Part shown: piece after piece, positions 21,119-30,478 of the stretch
How positions within the stretch are numbered: the stretch's first letter is position 1
Layout of the letters: every line of letters starts with the position of its first letter
DNA from: an uncultured delta proteobacterium
Lineage (GTDB): Bacteria; Desulfobacterota; Binatia; Bin18
Assembly: GCA_963733195.1 (NCBI GenBank)
Contig: CAVTCR010000062.1
Location: 192,001-256,000, forward strand
DNA length: 64,000 nt
Reading direction: 5' to 3'
Translations under genes and position numbers: made by a program
The notes under the pieces: model-generated
The model's input: the letters and a program-made list of their open reading frames with translations, nothing else
Databases searched by the model: none
Told to the model about the DNA's origin: nothing

Positions 21119-21259
21119 ATCGAGATGCATGAGATTGGCGCATCTGCGTAGGGGCGAAGCATTCGACCGGGCTACATCAGCAAAGAGTCAGGAGCCCGGT
21201 TCTGAATGCTTTGCCCCTATTGAGGAACGGTCATCCTTTGTCGAAGAAGGAGGGTCGTC

Positions 21260-22087
21260 ATGGAGATGAAACCAGTTCTGCTCAACGTCGCAAACACCCT
21301 CGCCCAAGTCGGGCTAAAGATCATTGCCGCGTTCGTGCTGTACTTAATCGGCCGGTGGTTGATTAACTTCGTTATCCGCCTGATGCAGCGCGGCCTTGAA
21401 AACCAGTATGTTGACCCAACCCTCCAGCGTTATCTCCGCTCAATCGTCTCTGTCCTGCTCAATGTTGCGCTGGCCCTTGCCATCCTCGGTTACTTTGGTG
21501 TGGAGACGACCTCGTTTGCTGCACTGTTCGCCGCGGTTGGCGTAGCGGTTGGTGTAGCCTGGAGTGGCTTGCTCGCGAACTTTGCGGCGGGGGTGCTCCT
21601 TGTGATCTTGCGGCCGTTCGAGGTTGGTAACACTATCAGCGCGGGTGGTGTAACTGGCACGGTCAAGGAGATCGGACTGTTCGCGACGATAATTGACACC
21701 GCCGACAACGTGCGAACGTACGTCGGCAACAACAAACTCTTTTCTGATAACATCCAGAACTTTTCGGCGAATCCCTACCGCCGAGTTGACCTTGTCGCGC
21801 AACTCGATCACCGCGTTGATCACCAGACGGTAATACAACTGTTAAAGAGCGGGCTCGGTGAGATTCCGCATGTCCTCTCTACCCCACCGCCGGAGGTCGA
21901 GATTCTCCAGTGCAACCCCACTGGCCCAGTGCTCGCCGTCCGTCCCTATTGCCATCCGGGTCATCACGGGCAGGTGTATTTTGCAACGAATCGGCTCATC
22001 AACGAAGCCTTGGAGAAGGCGGAGGAGTCTGTTACCGAGCAGCTTTCCGTTTCCCCTCATCAACCGCAGGGGCAGACGGTAGGCTAA
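21260..22087 (+). CDS. mscS: Small-conductance mechanosensitive channel
   Basis: LANFAAG..RPFEVG..GTVKEIGLF..NFS..RRVDL. Confidence 0.9.
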   Translation: MEMKPVLLNVANTLAQVGLKIIAAFVLYLIGRWLINFVIRLMQRGLENQYVDPTLQRYLRSIVSVLLNVALALAILGYFGVETTSFAALFAAVGVAVGVAWSGLLANFAAGVLLVILRPFEVGNTISAGGVTGTVKEIGLFATIIDTADNVRTYVGNNKLFSDNIQNFSANPYRRVDLVAQLDHRVDHQTVIQLLKSGLGEIPHVLSTPPPEVEILQCNPTGPVLAVRPYCHPGHHGQVYFATNRLINEALEKAEESVTEQLSVSPHQPQGQTVG

Positions 22088-22135
22088 ATCAGACCACATG
22101 ACATTCGTACACTTTACACTACGATCCCTCGGGCG

Positions 22136-22192
22136 TGTCATTCTGAGCGAGCGAAGAATCTCTCTGAGACCCTTCGTTTCACTCAGGGTGAC
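22136..22192. repeat. Palindromic REP-like element
   Basis: TGTCATTCTGAG...CTCAGGGTGACA with inner GAAGAATCTC/GAGACCCTTC. Confidence 0.55.
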
Positions 22193-22273
22193 AACTTTGG
22201 TGTGCCAATTTTGTGTGTTTCGATTTAGCATTGTCTATTGTCACGCGCCCGACTCTCCTAAGAGGCTCTAGAA

Positions 22274-23269
22274 TTGAAGCGATTCATCACCACCATCATT
22301 ATTGGTTTCATTCTTTTGGGCATGCTCATCTGGGGGACACTCGCGATTGTGTACTCCAACATTCCCTCAGCGTCACTGCGTACCACCTTGAGTTGGGCAT
22401 TCGCCCTTGGGAGTGTCTCTATCCTCCTCTTCCTCCGCCCGTGGAGGCGGGCCGTGTTCATGTTCCTGACGGTCTTCGCCGGGGTTCTCCTGTGGTGGCT
22501 GTCGATTCCTCCCTCACAGAATCGTGACTGGCAGGCTGACGTTACCGCGCTATCCAGCGCGGAGTTCGACGGCGACCGAGTCACGATTCGGAACATTCGT
22601 AACATCGATTACCGCACCGAAACAGATTACACGGTGCAGTATTACGACAAGACCTTCGACCTCTCCAAGTTACGCACAGCGGACTTGTTCATTTCCTTTT
22701 GGGACTCTCCGTATATCGCCCACACCATTATGAGCTTTGGTTTTGGCGGGAACGACTACGTGGCGATTTCTATTGAGACCCGCAAATCCAAAGATGAAGA
22801 GTACTCCGCGATCAAAGGGTTCTTTAAGCAGTATGAGTTGATTTATATCGTCAGTGATGAGCGTGACGTGGTTCGTTTGCGCACGAACTTCCGGGGAGAA
22901 AACGTCTATCTGTATCGACTCGACGCCAAGCCCGAGCTGGTCCGTAGCGTTTTTCTCGACTATTTCACTTATATAAATCACCTAAAGGAGCAGCCAGAGT
23001 GGTACAACGCGCTCACGCACAACTGCACCACTGCCATTCGTGGGCACGTGGTCCCGCATACCAACAACACCCAACGGTTGCCGAACTGGAAGCTTCTCGT
23101 TAATGGCTATTTGGACGGGCGGCTGTACGAGACCGGGGTGATAGACCAGAGTCTCCCCTTTCCGGAGCTTAAAGCCCGCAGCCATATCAATGAGCGCGCC
23201 AAAGCGGCGGACGATGCCCCGGATTTCTCGCAGAAAATTCGCGAGGGACTCCCAGGTATGGGTGAATAA
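22274..23269 (+). CDS. DUF4105 (Lnb N-terminal domain-like) membrane protein
   Basis: AHTIMSFGF, ISIETR, YELIY, WYNALTHNCTT. Confidence 0.85.
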   Translation: MKRFITTIIIGFILLGMLIWGTLAIVYSNIPSASLRTTLSWAFALGSVSILLFLRPWRRAVFMFLTVFAGVLLWWLSIPPSQNRDWQADVTALSSAEFDGDRVTIRNIRNIDYRTETDYTVQYYDKTFDLSKLRTADLFISFWDSPYIAHTIMSFGFGGNDYVAISIETRKSKDEEYSAIKGFFKQYELIYIVSDERDVVRLRTNFRGENVYLYRLDAKPELVRSVFLDYFTYINHLKEQPEWYNALTHNCTTAIRGHVVPHTNNTQRLPNWKLLVNGYLDGRLYETGVIDQSLPFPELKARSHINERAKAADDAPDFSQKIREGLPGMGE

Positions 23270-23304
23270 ATTTTTCCTTTGCAAACCAACTGTACGGAGA
23301 AAAG

Positions 23305-25272
23305 ATGGAAACGACGCCAAGACATCCACAACACGGAACGATGAGGCACCCCAATGCGCTGGTCGCGGGCGTTGTCGGATGTGTACTTCTGGCCTCAGCC
23401 TGCGCACTGCCAGTGACAGTCAAACGGGGCGAACCTGAGACCGTGCAGCGCGAGTTGACCGGCTACGTTCTCACGACCGGGGAGCCGAGCCTGGCAAGCG
23501 AAAACACCTTGCGCCGCTACTTTTTGACCGAGCGCTTTGAGGATTACCCCGAGCATGCACTTGCCGAGCTCCATGCTGCTGGCATCCGCAACGACGATGC
23601 GAACGCTCTCTTCGTGCTCTCGGAGCTGTCGTTCTCTCACGCTAAGGAAAGCGGCAAGCGCTCGTACTATCTCGCGGCGGCCGTGTACGCGTATGCGTTC
23701 TTGTTCCCCGACGGGGCGGGCACACCGCCTAACCCTATCGATCCCCGCCTGCGGGCAGCCTGTGAGTTGTACAACCGCAGCCTTGCCCAAGCTTTCCTCT
23801 CCGAGGATGAGAAAGAGGTCGCGGTGAAGGCGGGAGTATATCCACTGCCCTTCGGATCACTCACGGTCACGTTTAACGAATCTCAATTGATCTGGGCTGG
23901 TGACCGGAGTCTCACTGGCTTCGTCTCAGCAGCCGATATCCAGATTACGGGCCTTAACAACCGCTATCGGCGTCCAGGTATTGGTGCGCCCCTGGCCGCC
24001 AGTACCGTTCCTCTTAATACTGCGCGGGGAGAGCACGACTTTGTGGCTCCAAAAGTCAAGGTGCCTACCAATCTCTTCCTGCGCATCGAACAACCTAAGC
24101 AAGATCTAGCGAGCGGACACCTGCGGGCGGCACTCGAACTGCGCACGACGCTGGATGCCGACGTTGTCCGGGTTGATAACCGAGACCTCCCTCTGGAATA
24201 CGAGCCGACCGCAGCCCTGGCTTACCAACTCAGCGAATCGACTGTCTGGCAGCGGGAGTTTGCAGGGTTTTTCACGGGTGACTTGCTGCGGATCGAGAAG
24301 GCAACCAGCCTGGCGGCCATGGCCCCACACCGGCCGGGGCGCATTCCGTTGGTCTTCGTCCATGGGACGGCGTCGAGTGCGGGGCGGTGGGCGGATTTGG
24401 TCAATGACTTGCTGAGCGACCCGCGGATCCGGGATAACTACGAGTTTTGGTTCTTTACCTATGACACGGGGAATCCTATTGCCTATTCCGCCGCCCGCTT
24501 ACGGCAAGCACTGCGTGCCGCAGTCGCACGGTTTGACCCGGACGGACGCGACCCTGCCATGCGGCGCATGGTGTTGATGGGCCACAGCCAGGGCGGCTTA
24601 TTAGCGAAGATGATGGTCATCGATACCGGGACCAAGCTCTGGGATAATGTCAGCTCGGTTCCCCTCGAGCAGCTCAAGTTGAGCGACGAGAGCCGGAAAC
24701 TGCTACAGGACAGTCTGTTTGTTGAACCCCTGCCCTTCGTGCGGCGGGTGATCTTCATGTGCACCCCTCACCACGGTAGCTATCAAGCAGGCGGCCGCAT
24801 TATCCATTGGATCACCCGTTTTATGAAACTCCCGGGCGATGTGCTCAATCTCAGCACGGATATGCTGCAAGGCAACGCCGATAAGCTCAAGATCGCGGCG
24901 AACACCAAGATGCCGACCAGCATCGATAACATGACGCCGACCAACCCTTTCATCAAGACGTTAGTGACGATCCCGATCGTGCCGCAAGTGGCGGCGCACT
25001 CCATCATCGCCGTCAAAGGCGAAGGCCCGCCGGAGAATGGGAACGACGGGGTGGTCGAGTACAAGAGCGCGCATATTGACGGCGTGGAGTCCGAGCTGGT
25101 GGTCAACTCCGGGCACTCTGCCCAGAGTAATCCCCACACCGTAGAGGAGGTGCGTCGCATCCTGCTACTCAATGCCAGCGAAGCCTGCGCGCAGGTTGGG
25201 GTTGCATGTGTGAAACCAATTAGGAAAAACGATGAGAACTTCGAAGCGGAGACCCGGGCCCAATTGAAATAG
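23305..25272 (+). CDS. Alpha/beta-hydrolase (esterase/lipase family) lipoprotein, paralog of 2927-4876
   Basis: LASAC lipobox, VFVHGTASS, GHSQGG, NDGVV, SGHS. Confidence 0.87.
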   Translation: METTPRHPQHGTMRHPNALVAGVVGCVLLASACALPVTVKRGEPETVQRELTGYVLTTGEPSLASENTLRRYFLTERFEDYPEHALAELHAAGIRNDDANALFVLSELSFSHAKESGKRSYYLAAAVYAYAFLFPDGAGTPPNPIDPRLRAACELYNRSLAQAFLSEDEKEVAVKAGVYPLPFGSLTVTFNESQLIWAGDRSLTGFVSAADIQITGLNNRYRRPGIGAPLAASTVPLNTARGEHDFVAPKVKVPTNLFLRIEQPKQDLASGHLRAALELRTTLDADVVRVDNRDLPLEYEPTAALAYQLSESTVWQREFAGFFTGDLLRIEKATSLAAMAPHRPGRIPLVFVHGTASSAGRWADLVNDLLSDPRIRDNYEFWFFTYDTGNPIAYSAARLRQALRAAVARFDPDGRDPAMRRMVLMGHSQGGLLAKMMVIDTGTKLWDNVSSVPLEQLKLSDESRKLLQDSLFVEPLPFVRRVIFMCTPHHGSYQAGGRIIHWITRFMKLPGDVLNLSTDMLQGNADKLKIAANTKMPTSIDNMTPTNPFIKTLVTIPIVPQVAAHSIIAVKGEGPPENGNDGVVEYKSAHIDGVESELVVNSGHSAQSNPHTVEEVRRILLLNASEACAQVGVACVKPIRKNDENFEAETRAQLK

Positions 25273-25377
25273 GGCAAGGCGAGAGATGTTTCATTTCTTT
25301 GTTCGATATGGCCTAAGCCATAAGAGGAACATCGTCAAAACTCAGAAGAAGGAGGAACGAGCAATGAAGAGATTAAC

Positions 25378-26445
25378 TGAAGCCTGCGCGTAAAGGGGTC
25401 GGGGGTAGCAGAGAGTCAAAAGTCTCTGCATGGTCTCGGGCTTATGGTAACCAACCTCAGCCCGTGCCCCCGACGCACTGCTGAAGATAGTGGAACAAGT
25501 GAAAGAATACTACGTTGACCCCTCTCCCCAATGGCAACGAGGTCGTCCGCGGACGTTCTCCGGTCGCGCCTTTCTGCTCTGGCGGTAGTGGCGGTGGTGC
25601 TGCGGACCTTCAAACCCCAGGAGCTGCGCACGCTCTTGACCAAGGACGACGGCCTGCGGCAACGGCTGGGTTTAGATCGCGTCCCGCACCGGCGCACCCT
25701 GGCGCGGCGACTGGACGCGACGCTGCCGGAGGCCGAAGCGCAAGTCCAAGCCCTGGGGCAACAGATTCTGGGGGAAGTGGCGCCAGGTCCGGATGAGCCC
25801 CAAGCTTCCGCCATTGATGGGCGCATGTACCAAGCCCAAGGGCCGTGCTGGCATAAGCGCGACCGGGCGCAGGGGCGGATACCTCCGGGCTGCGCAATGT
25901 GGACAGGGAGTCGGCGTGGTCCAAGAGTGGGTATCGGGGCTGGGTGCAAGGCTATCGGTTGATCCTGCAAGGCTTGGTTTTTCCCACTCCCGTGCCCCTC
26001 TTTGCCCGCTGGTGTTCCAACGCAGTAGGGGAAACCACCGTGCTGGAAGAGGCCCTGGCCGCTGAGCAACTCCCCGTTACCGAATTCTTGCTGGGCGACT
26101 CGACCTTTGGCGGGGCTGACCTCGTGGCCCCCTATGCTCAACACGGTGGCTGGTTGCTTACCCCCCAGCAGTTGCCGAGGAACCCGGACTCGTGGAAACG
26201 TGACCTCTATGCTTATCGACGCGAAACCATCGAGTTGCTCTTCCAGCGCCTCATCCAAGCCTATGACCTTAAAACCTGCCCTACCAAAGGCTTGGCGCGT
26301 ACGGGCACCTTTGTCCTCGCTAGTGTGTGGCTCTATCAAGCGCTTGTTCTCGACAACCATCACCATCACCGACCTGTCGCTCACATCAAAGAGATCATCG
26401 ATGAAGGCCGCTGGCGCATCGCGGCCTGAATTACGCACGGCTTCA
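25378..26445 (+). mobile_element. ~1.07-kb insertion sequence with frameshifted DDE transposase (25531-26429)
   Basis: Imperfect terminal IR TGAAGCCTGCGCGTAA / TTACGCACGGCTTCA; SAIDG, LLGDSTF, RRETIELLFQRL motifs; interrupts an RBS+ATG at 25364. Confidence 0.75.
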
Positions 26446-26649
26446 TATAGATGGTAGGCGTGGGTAGCGTATTAGCGCAGTTTGCTCAGGCGTCCCACAT
26501 GGTTCAGATTGAGCACGTAAGTTCGTCAGGACACATAGTATGAAAGATTAGGTCACCCAGATTGACGGTGCCTATCGCATCACCGATTCGTGCGTCTCAC
26601 TCAATTCGGTCGTGCATGCCTGGCGCGATGACTTGTCGCCCGAGAGTAT

Positions 26650-27903
26650 CTAAGGAACACTGGTCAAATCTTTCCACGTCTCCCCGTCGGAGGAAGTCAA
26701 AATTACTCCTCTGCCGACAGCAACGAAGCGTGAACCATTCCAGGTGATGCTCATCAAGTCCGCCGTCGTGCCAGACTTTCTGGCCTTCCACTGTTTTCCG
26801 TCCAGGGAAGTGACAAGTACCCCACTAGAGCCGACGGTGACAAACCTCTTACTGCCCCAAGCCACCGCACGGAGCGGATCAAAAACGTTGACCCTGACCT
26901 GAGTCCAGGTCTTCCCATCCGGCGAGGTGAAGATGCTGCCTTGGCGCGCTTTGCTACCCACTGTGACAAATAGCGCCCCGTTCCAGGCAACGTCCGTGAG
27001 CAAGGCGTTCGTGCGGAACTGACGTGTCCACGTCTCCCCATCCGGCGACGTCAGCAGGGCGCTGGTGAGACCGAATTTGCCACGATTGGTGTTCCCGAGG
27101 GCAACGAAAGCGGAACCAGTCCAGATCACGTCGGCAAAGACCGACTCATTGCTTTCGAGAGCAGAAGTCCTGTCAGTCCAGGTTCTACCATCCGGTGAGG
27201 TAGCAAGACACCCACGTCCGTAGAAACCTCCCACCGCGACAAACAGTGAAGTATTGGCGGCGACACGGGTAAAGGCGCAGGTCGAGACAGTGGCGGCGAC
27301 CATCCACCTCTGCCCGTCCGGCGAGATTAGAATACGTTCTCCCACGGCGACAAACGCCGTGCCGTTCCAGGCAACGCCGTATAACACGCCGGGCTTCTCT
27401 CCCGACTCGAGCAGCCCAGGAGAGTCTCTTATCGACACCTTGCTCCAGCGCACTCCGTCGGGTGAGGTCAACGCCACCGTTGCGTTCAGGGACCCGCTAC
27501 CCACCGCAACAAACTGTGCATTTCCCCAGGTGACATCATAAAGGTAATAATCTGTGAGTTGCCGTGCCGCTACCGGCTCACCGGACCCCTGTTGCGCAGC
27601 TGCTGGTGCGACATTCCTGCCGAGGGCGAGACAGCAAGAGAAAAAGAGGCCGAAGCTGACAAGGCGGGCTTTCGTGTGGGAGCTGAATCTTCCTTCCCCG
27701 AGCAAAACAGCCTCCTTGCGTCCAATTCTCAATCTCCTGAAAATTAGCCTTACCGCGCCACCGCTCTCTCTACCGCCTGGAGCCCGCTTGATATCCTTGC
27801 TCGTATGCCTGTTGTTGGGACCTCTTATGGGAGTCGTAAATGTACCCGCCTGCCAAACCCGTTGCCCCGCCGATCGCCGCCCCCAGTCCGGCATTACCAG
27901 CAA
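26650..27903 (-). CDS. Beta-propeller repeat protein (BNR/WD40-YVTN-like; TSPDG-W repeats)
   Basis: Seven repeats of (V)AWNG..FVAVG....TSPDG..W; real start likely downstream of 27770. Confidence 0.8.
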   Translation of the reverse strand: MLVMPDWGRRSAGQRVWQAGTFTTPIRGPNNRHTSKDIKRAPGGRESGGAVRLIFRRLRIGRKEAVLLGEGRFSSHTKARLVSFGLFFSCCLALGRNVAPAAAQQGSGEPVAARQLTDYYLYDVTWGNAQFVAVGSGSLNATVALTSPDGVRWSKVSIRDSPGLLESGEKPGVLYGVAWNGTAFVAVGERILISPDGQRWMVAATVSTCAFTRVAANTSLFVAVGGFYGRGCLATSPDGRTWTDRTSALESNESVFADVIWTGSAFVALGNTNRGKFGLTSALLTSPDGETWTRQFRTNALLTDVAWNGALFVTVGSKARQGSIFTSPDGKTWTQVRVNVFDPLRAVAWGSKRFVTVGSSGVLVTSLDGKQWKARKSGTTADLMSITWNGSRFVAVGRGVILTSSDGETWKDLTSVP

Positions 27904-28054
27904 TCGCGCCGATCAGCGCCCCACCTGCTGCACCCATCGCCCCGCCACTGACCACCCGTTGCTGGGTCGGGTTCATCTCAGAGCATCCCCCTAACCACAC
28001 TGTCACAAGGAAGAGTAGAGCTGTTGTGAAACGTCTCATACCGTTTTTCTCCAT
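27770..28054 (-). CDS. Glycine-zipper lipoprotein
   Basis: LGGC lipobox, [27 protein letters not shown]. Confidence 0.85.
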   Translation of the reverse strand: MEKNGMRRFTTALLFLVTVWLGGCSEMNPTQQRVVSGGAMGAAGGALIGAIAGNAGLGAAIGGATGLAGGYIYDSHKRSQQQAYEQGYQAGSRR

Positions 28055-28056
28055 AA

Positions 28057-28505
28057 TTAAGTGCTTATGTTGGCTTTCATTTCTTCGTGCCGGGCGTTGT
28101 ACTCACTGCACCGCCTGTGGGTCGCGCCGTCTGGGCACGGCCATTGCCACGTCGCGAACCGCATGAGGGAGTCTACCGGGCGTTCCCCCATGTACTGAGA
28201 GTTCTGCTTGGCCCACCCCACGAACATCTGCACCGCTTGCCGGCGCTCCGGCTGCGGCTCGGGCAGGCAGAACAGCGGCTTCGCCTCAGGGCCCGCCTGC
28301 TGCGCCATATAATAGTGGTAGGCCCGACCACATACCCGAAGCAAAAACCGATCGCCGGCCCATGTAATGGGTCAGTCTCCGGCGCTGTACAGAGTTCAAC
28401 GAGATCCTGCGTCGTTCGCACAAGGAATGTATCTCGTGTGACTGCCGCCGATGGCATGGGCCATAAGCAAAGTATGGATAAAATATATAATGCTCTGTAT
28501 CGCAC
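28057..28505 (-). CDS. Rap1a/Tai-family periplasmic protein; frameshift near 28325
   Basis: GTG start with GGAGGAG; TTQDLVELC...FCFGYVVG/AYHYY...FCLP...WAK...WPCP Cys pattern. Confidence 0.7.
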
Positions 28506-28609
28506 GGTCTCCTCCTTAATACATAATACACACAAAATATTGACCACTTTGTTCCCAGACGGAGCAGACGGTCCGCCGATTACCTTAGCGCATGGCTGCG
28601 GGACACCGC

Positions 28610-29059
28610 TCACGCAGCCGTTCTGAGACTGAGAGGCCGGTTGACTCTCTGCTTCCTGATCCGTCTTATCTGGGCAGGGCGCTGCTGACGCCACTGCGTG
28701 AGTCCCTTGCGCACGTAATCTGGGTCGAGGCCTAAGGCTGTACAGATATTGACAAAAGAGAACGGCCAGCATTCATCCTGGGAAAAGAACCACGCTTCGG
28801 CTTCTTTGGCGAGACGCTGAGCGCGTTTGCCGTCCTCAACAAAGGGTTTGACAAAACAATTAAAGGCGTCTTCCAGTACCGCACGCATGAGGGCAAACTC
28901 GCCCTGGCCGTGGTCGTGTGGAAGGCCGAAGAACTGCTCCGGCAGCACGGCAACTGAAGATAAGGTGAGACTCGCCGCAGCGGCAGTGGGGGGTGACGGG
29001 AATATGACAGCACTAAAGGGTTGGCCTCGATCTTCCAGCGAGGTACACACGTCCTTCAT
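28610..29059 (-). CDS. Conserved hypothetical protein
   Basis: LMRAVLEDA...EAEAWF...WPFSFVNICTALGLDPDYVRKGL; RBS GGAGG. Confidence 0.7.
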   Translation of the reverse strand: MKDVCTSLEDRGQPFSAVIFPSPPTAAAASLTLSSVAVLPEQFFGLPHDHGQGEFALMRAVLEDAFNCFVKPFVEDGKRAQRLAKEAEAWFFSQDECWPFSFVNICTALGLDPDYVRKGLTQWRQQRPAQIRRIRKQRVNRPLSLRTAA

Positions 29060-29103
29060 AAAGAAAACCTCCGACAGAGAGATAAAAAGGGCGATGCTTC
29101 TTG

Positions 29104-29346
29104 CTATTTCCCGCCCAGCGCAGATTGAACCTTTTTGAGCGTGTCAATGTTTTTCTGCAGCCCACTGACATGATCTTGCATCTCCACAATCGAGGTGCCC
29201 AACTCCCCGACCGAGCCCAGGGCTCCAGAGCCGGCGGCTTGTTTTATCGCCGCCCCTCCCAGGTCTTTCAACTGTGCATCTGCCTTTTGCTGGCTCAACG
29301 AACCGCAGATGAAACCGATGCCAAACATGCCAATGAGTGCGGCCAC
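29104..29346 (-). CDS. Small exported hypothetical protein; upstream in-frame ATG (29382) is followed by TAA at codon 4
   Basis: Hydrophobic N-terminus, helical C-terminus; GAGG RBS before 29382. Confidence 0.55.
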   Translation of the reverse strand: MAALIGMFGIGFICGSLSQQKADAQLKDLGGAAIKQAAGSGALGSVGELGTSIVEMQDHVSGLQKNIDTLKKVQSALGGK

Positions 29347-29503
29347 CCGCAGACTTCGAGCGCTTGTACTTTACTGTGTCATGATATCCTCACTCTAAAA
29401 ATTGTAATTGTAAGATTCGTATGTTGCCCACGGTCCTGAACTCTCCGGCGGATTCCCGCAGAGAGCAGGCTCCCCGGGATTCTTCTCGCCAACCTCAGAA
29501 CTG

Positions 29504-30253
29504 TTATGTTCTTCGTACCGCTGGAGCGGGTGCATCCGCCACTACGACCTTGTCCGTCTCCTCTTGCCCCAGCCAACGGTACGTGAACCCTGCGAGAATC
29601 GCTCCCACGATCGGTGCAAACCAGAACAACCACAACTGTGCCAGTGCCCAGCCGCCTACAAACAGCGCTGGTCCCGTGCTCCGCGCCGGGTTGACCGAGG
29701 TGTTCGTCACCGGGATGCTAATGAGATGGATCAGGGTTAGCGCGAGCCCAATGGCGATGGGCGCAAACCCCGTCGGCACGCGGCGGTCTGTGGCTCCTAA
29801 GATGATCAAGAGGAACATGTAGGTGAGGAAGAGTTCGGCCACGAACGCCGCCACCAATGTGTAGCCTCCGGGCGAATGGGCTCCATACCCGTTCGCGGCG
29901 AACCCGCTCTGCACGGCATCAAACCCCTCTTTGCCACTGGCAATCAGATACAATACCCAGGCTCCGATCACAGCTCCCGCCACTTGCGCCACAATGTAGG
30001 GGACAAGATCCGCACTCGGGAAGCGGTTACCTGCCCAGGCACCGATGGACACCGCCGGGTTCAGGTGACAGCCCGAGATGTGCCCCACGGCGTACGCCAT
30101 GGTCAGTACGGTGAGCCCGAAGGCAAGGGAGACACCCAGTAACCCGATGCCCACGTTGGGGAAAGCGGCCGCGAGCACGGCACTGCCACAGCCGCCGAAC
30201 ACGAGCCAGGCGGTTCCGATAAATTCTGCGACTAAGCGATTCGCCATTGGCAT
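29504..30253 (-). CDS. aqpZ: Aquaporin Z
   Basis: [25 protein letters not shown]. Confidence 0.95.
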   Translation of the reverse strand: MPMANRLVAEFIGTAWLVFGGCGSAVLAAAFPNVGIGLLGVSLAFGLTVLTMAYAVGHISGCHLNPAVSIGAWAGNRFPSADLVPYIVAQVAGAVIGAWVLYLIASGKEGFDAVQSGFAANGYGAHSPGGYTLVAAFVAELFLTYMFLLIILGATDRRVPTGFAPIAIGLALTLIHLISIPVTNTSVNPARSTGPALFVGGWALAQLWLFWFAPIVGAILAGFTYRWLGQEETDKVVVADAPAPAVRRT

Positions 30254-30314
30254 ATACTTCTCCTCTCTTTTAAAAAATTTCTTTGTCACAGCTGGCTGCC
30301 ATTGTCTAGGAGAT

Positions 30315-30384
30315 AGAATACGTGCGGCTATGGTTCAGAGATAGGCGAATCGTTCAAGTTATCGTTCAGATTTTGGTTCAGATT
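30315..30384 (-). promoter_or_regulatory. TGAAC-repeat promoter cassette copy 7 (aqpZ operon, divergent from PAS kinase)
   Basis: GTTCA at 30333, 30352, 30364, 30376; TATTCT on - at 30320-30315. Confidence 0.82.
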
Positions 30385-30478
30385 GTGCGAGAAGGCTCCT
30401 CCACCCCGGTATATCCTGGTATGGTGTGAGTCTGCGGCCAACTGAAGACTGAGGCTGCCTACAAGTCGGGAGGGAAGT

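Noticed and set aside
26502-26540. GTTCAGATT with GTTCG 19 bp later as another cassette copy
   Set aside because: The other two boxes and the -10 hexamer are missing, and no gene start follows.
28057-28505. Type VI secretion locus
   Set aside because: Only an immunity-like gene; no tss, vgrG, hcp or effector genes in the window.
427-30384. TGAAC cassette as CRISPR repeats, iterons or transposon ends
   Set aside because: Copies are dispersed, have no spacers, no cas/rep/tns gene, are not paired as inverted ends, and are fixed relative to a -10-like hexamer and gene starts.
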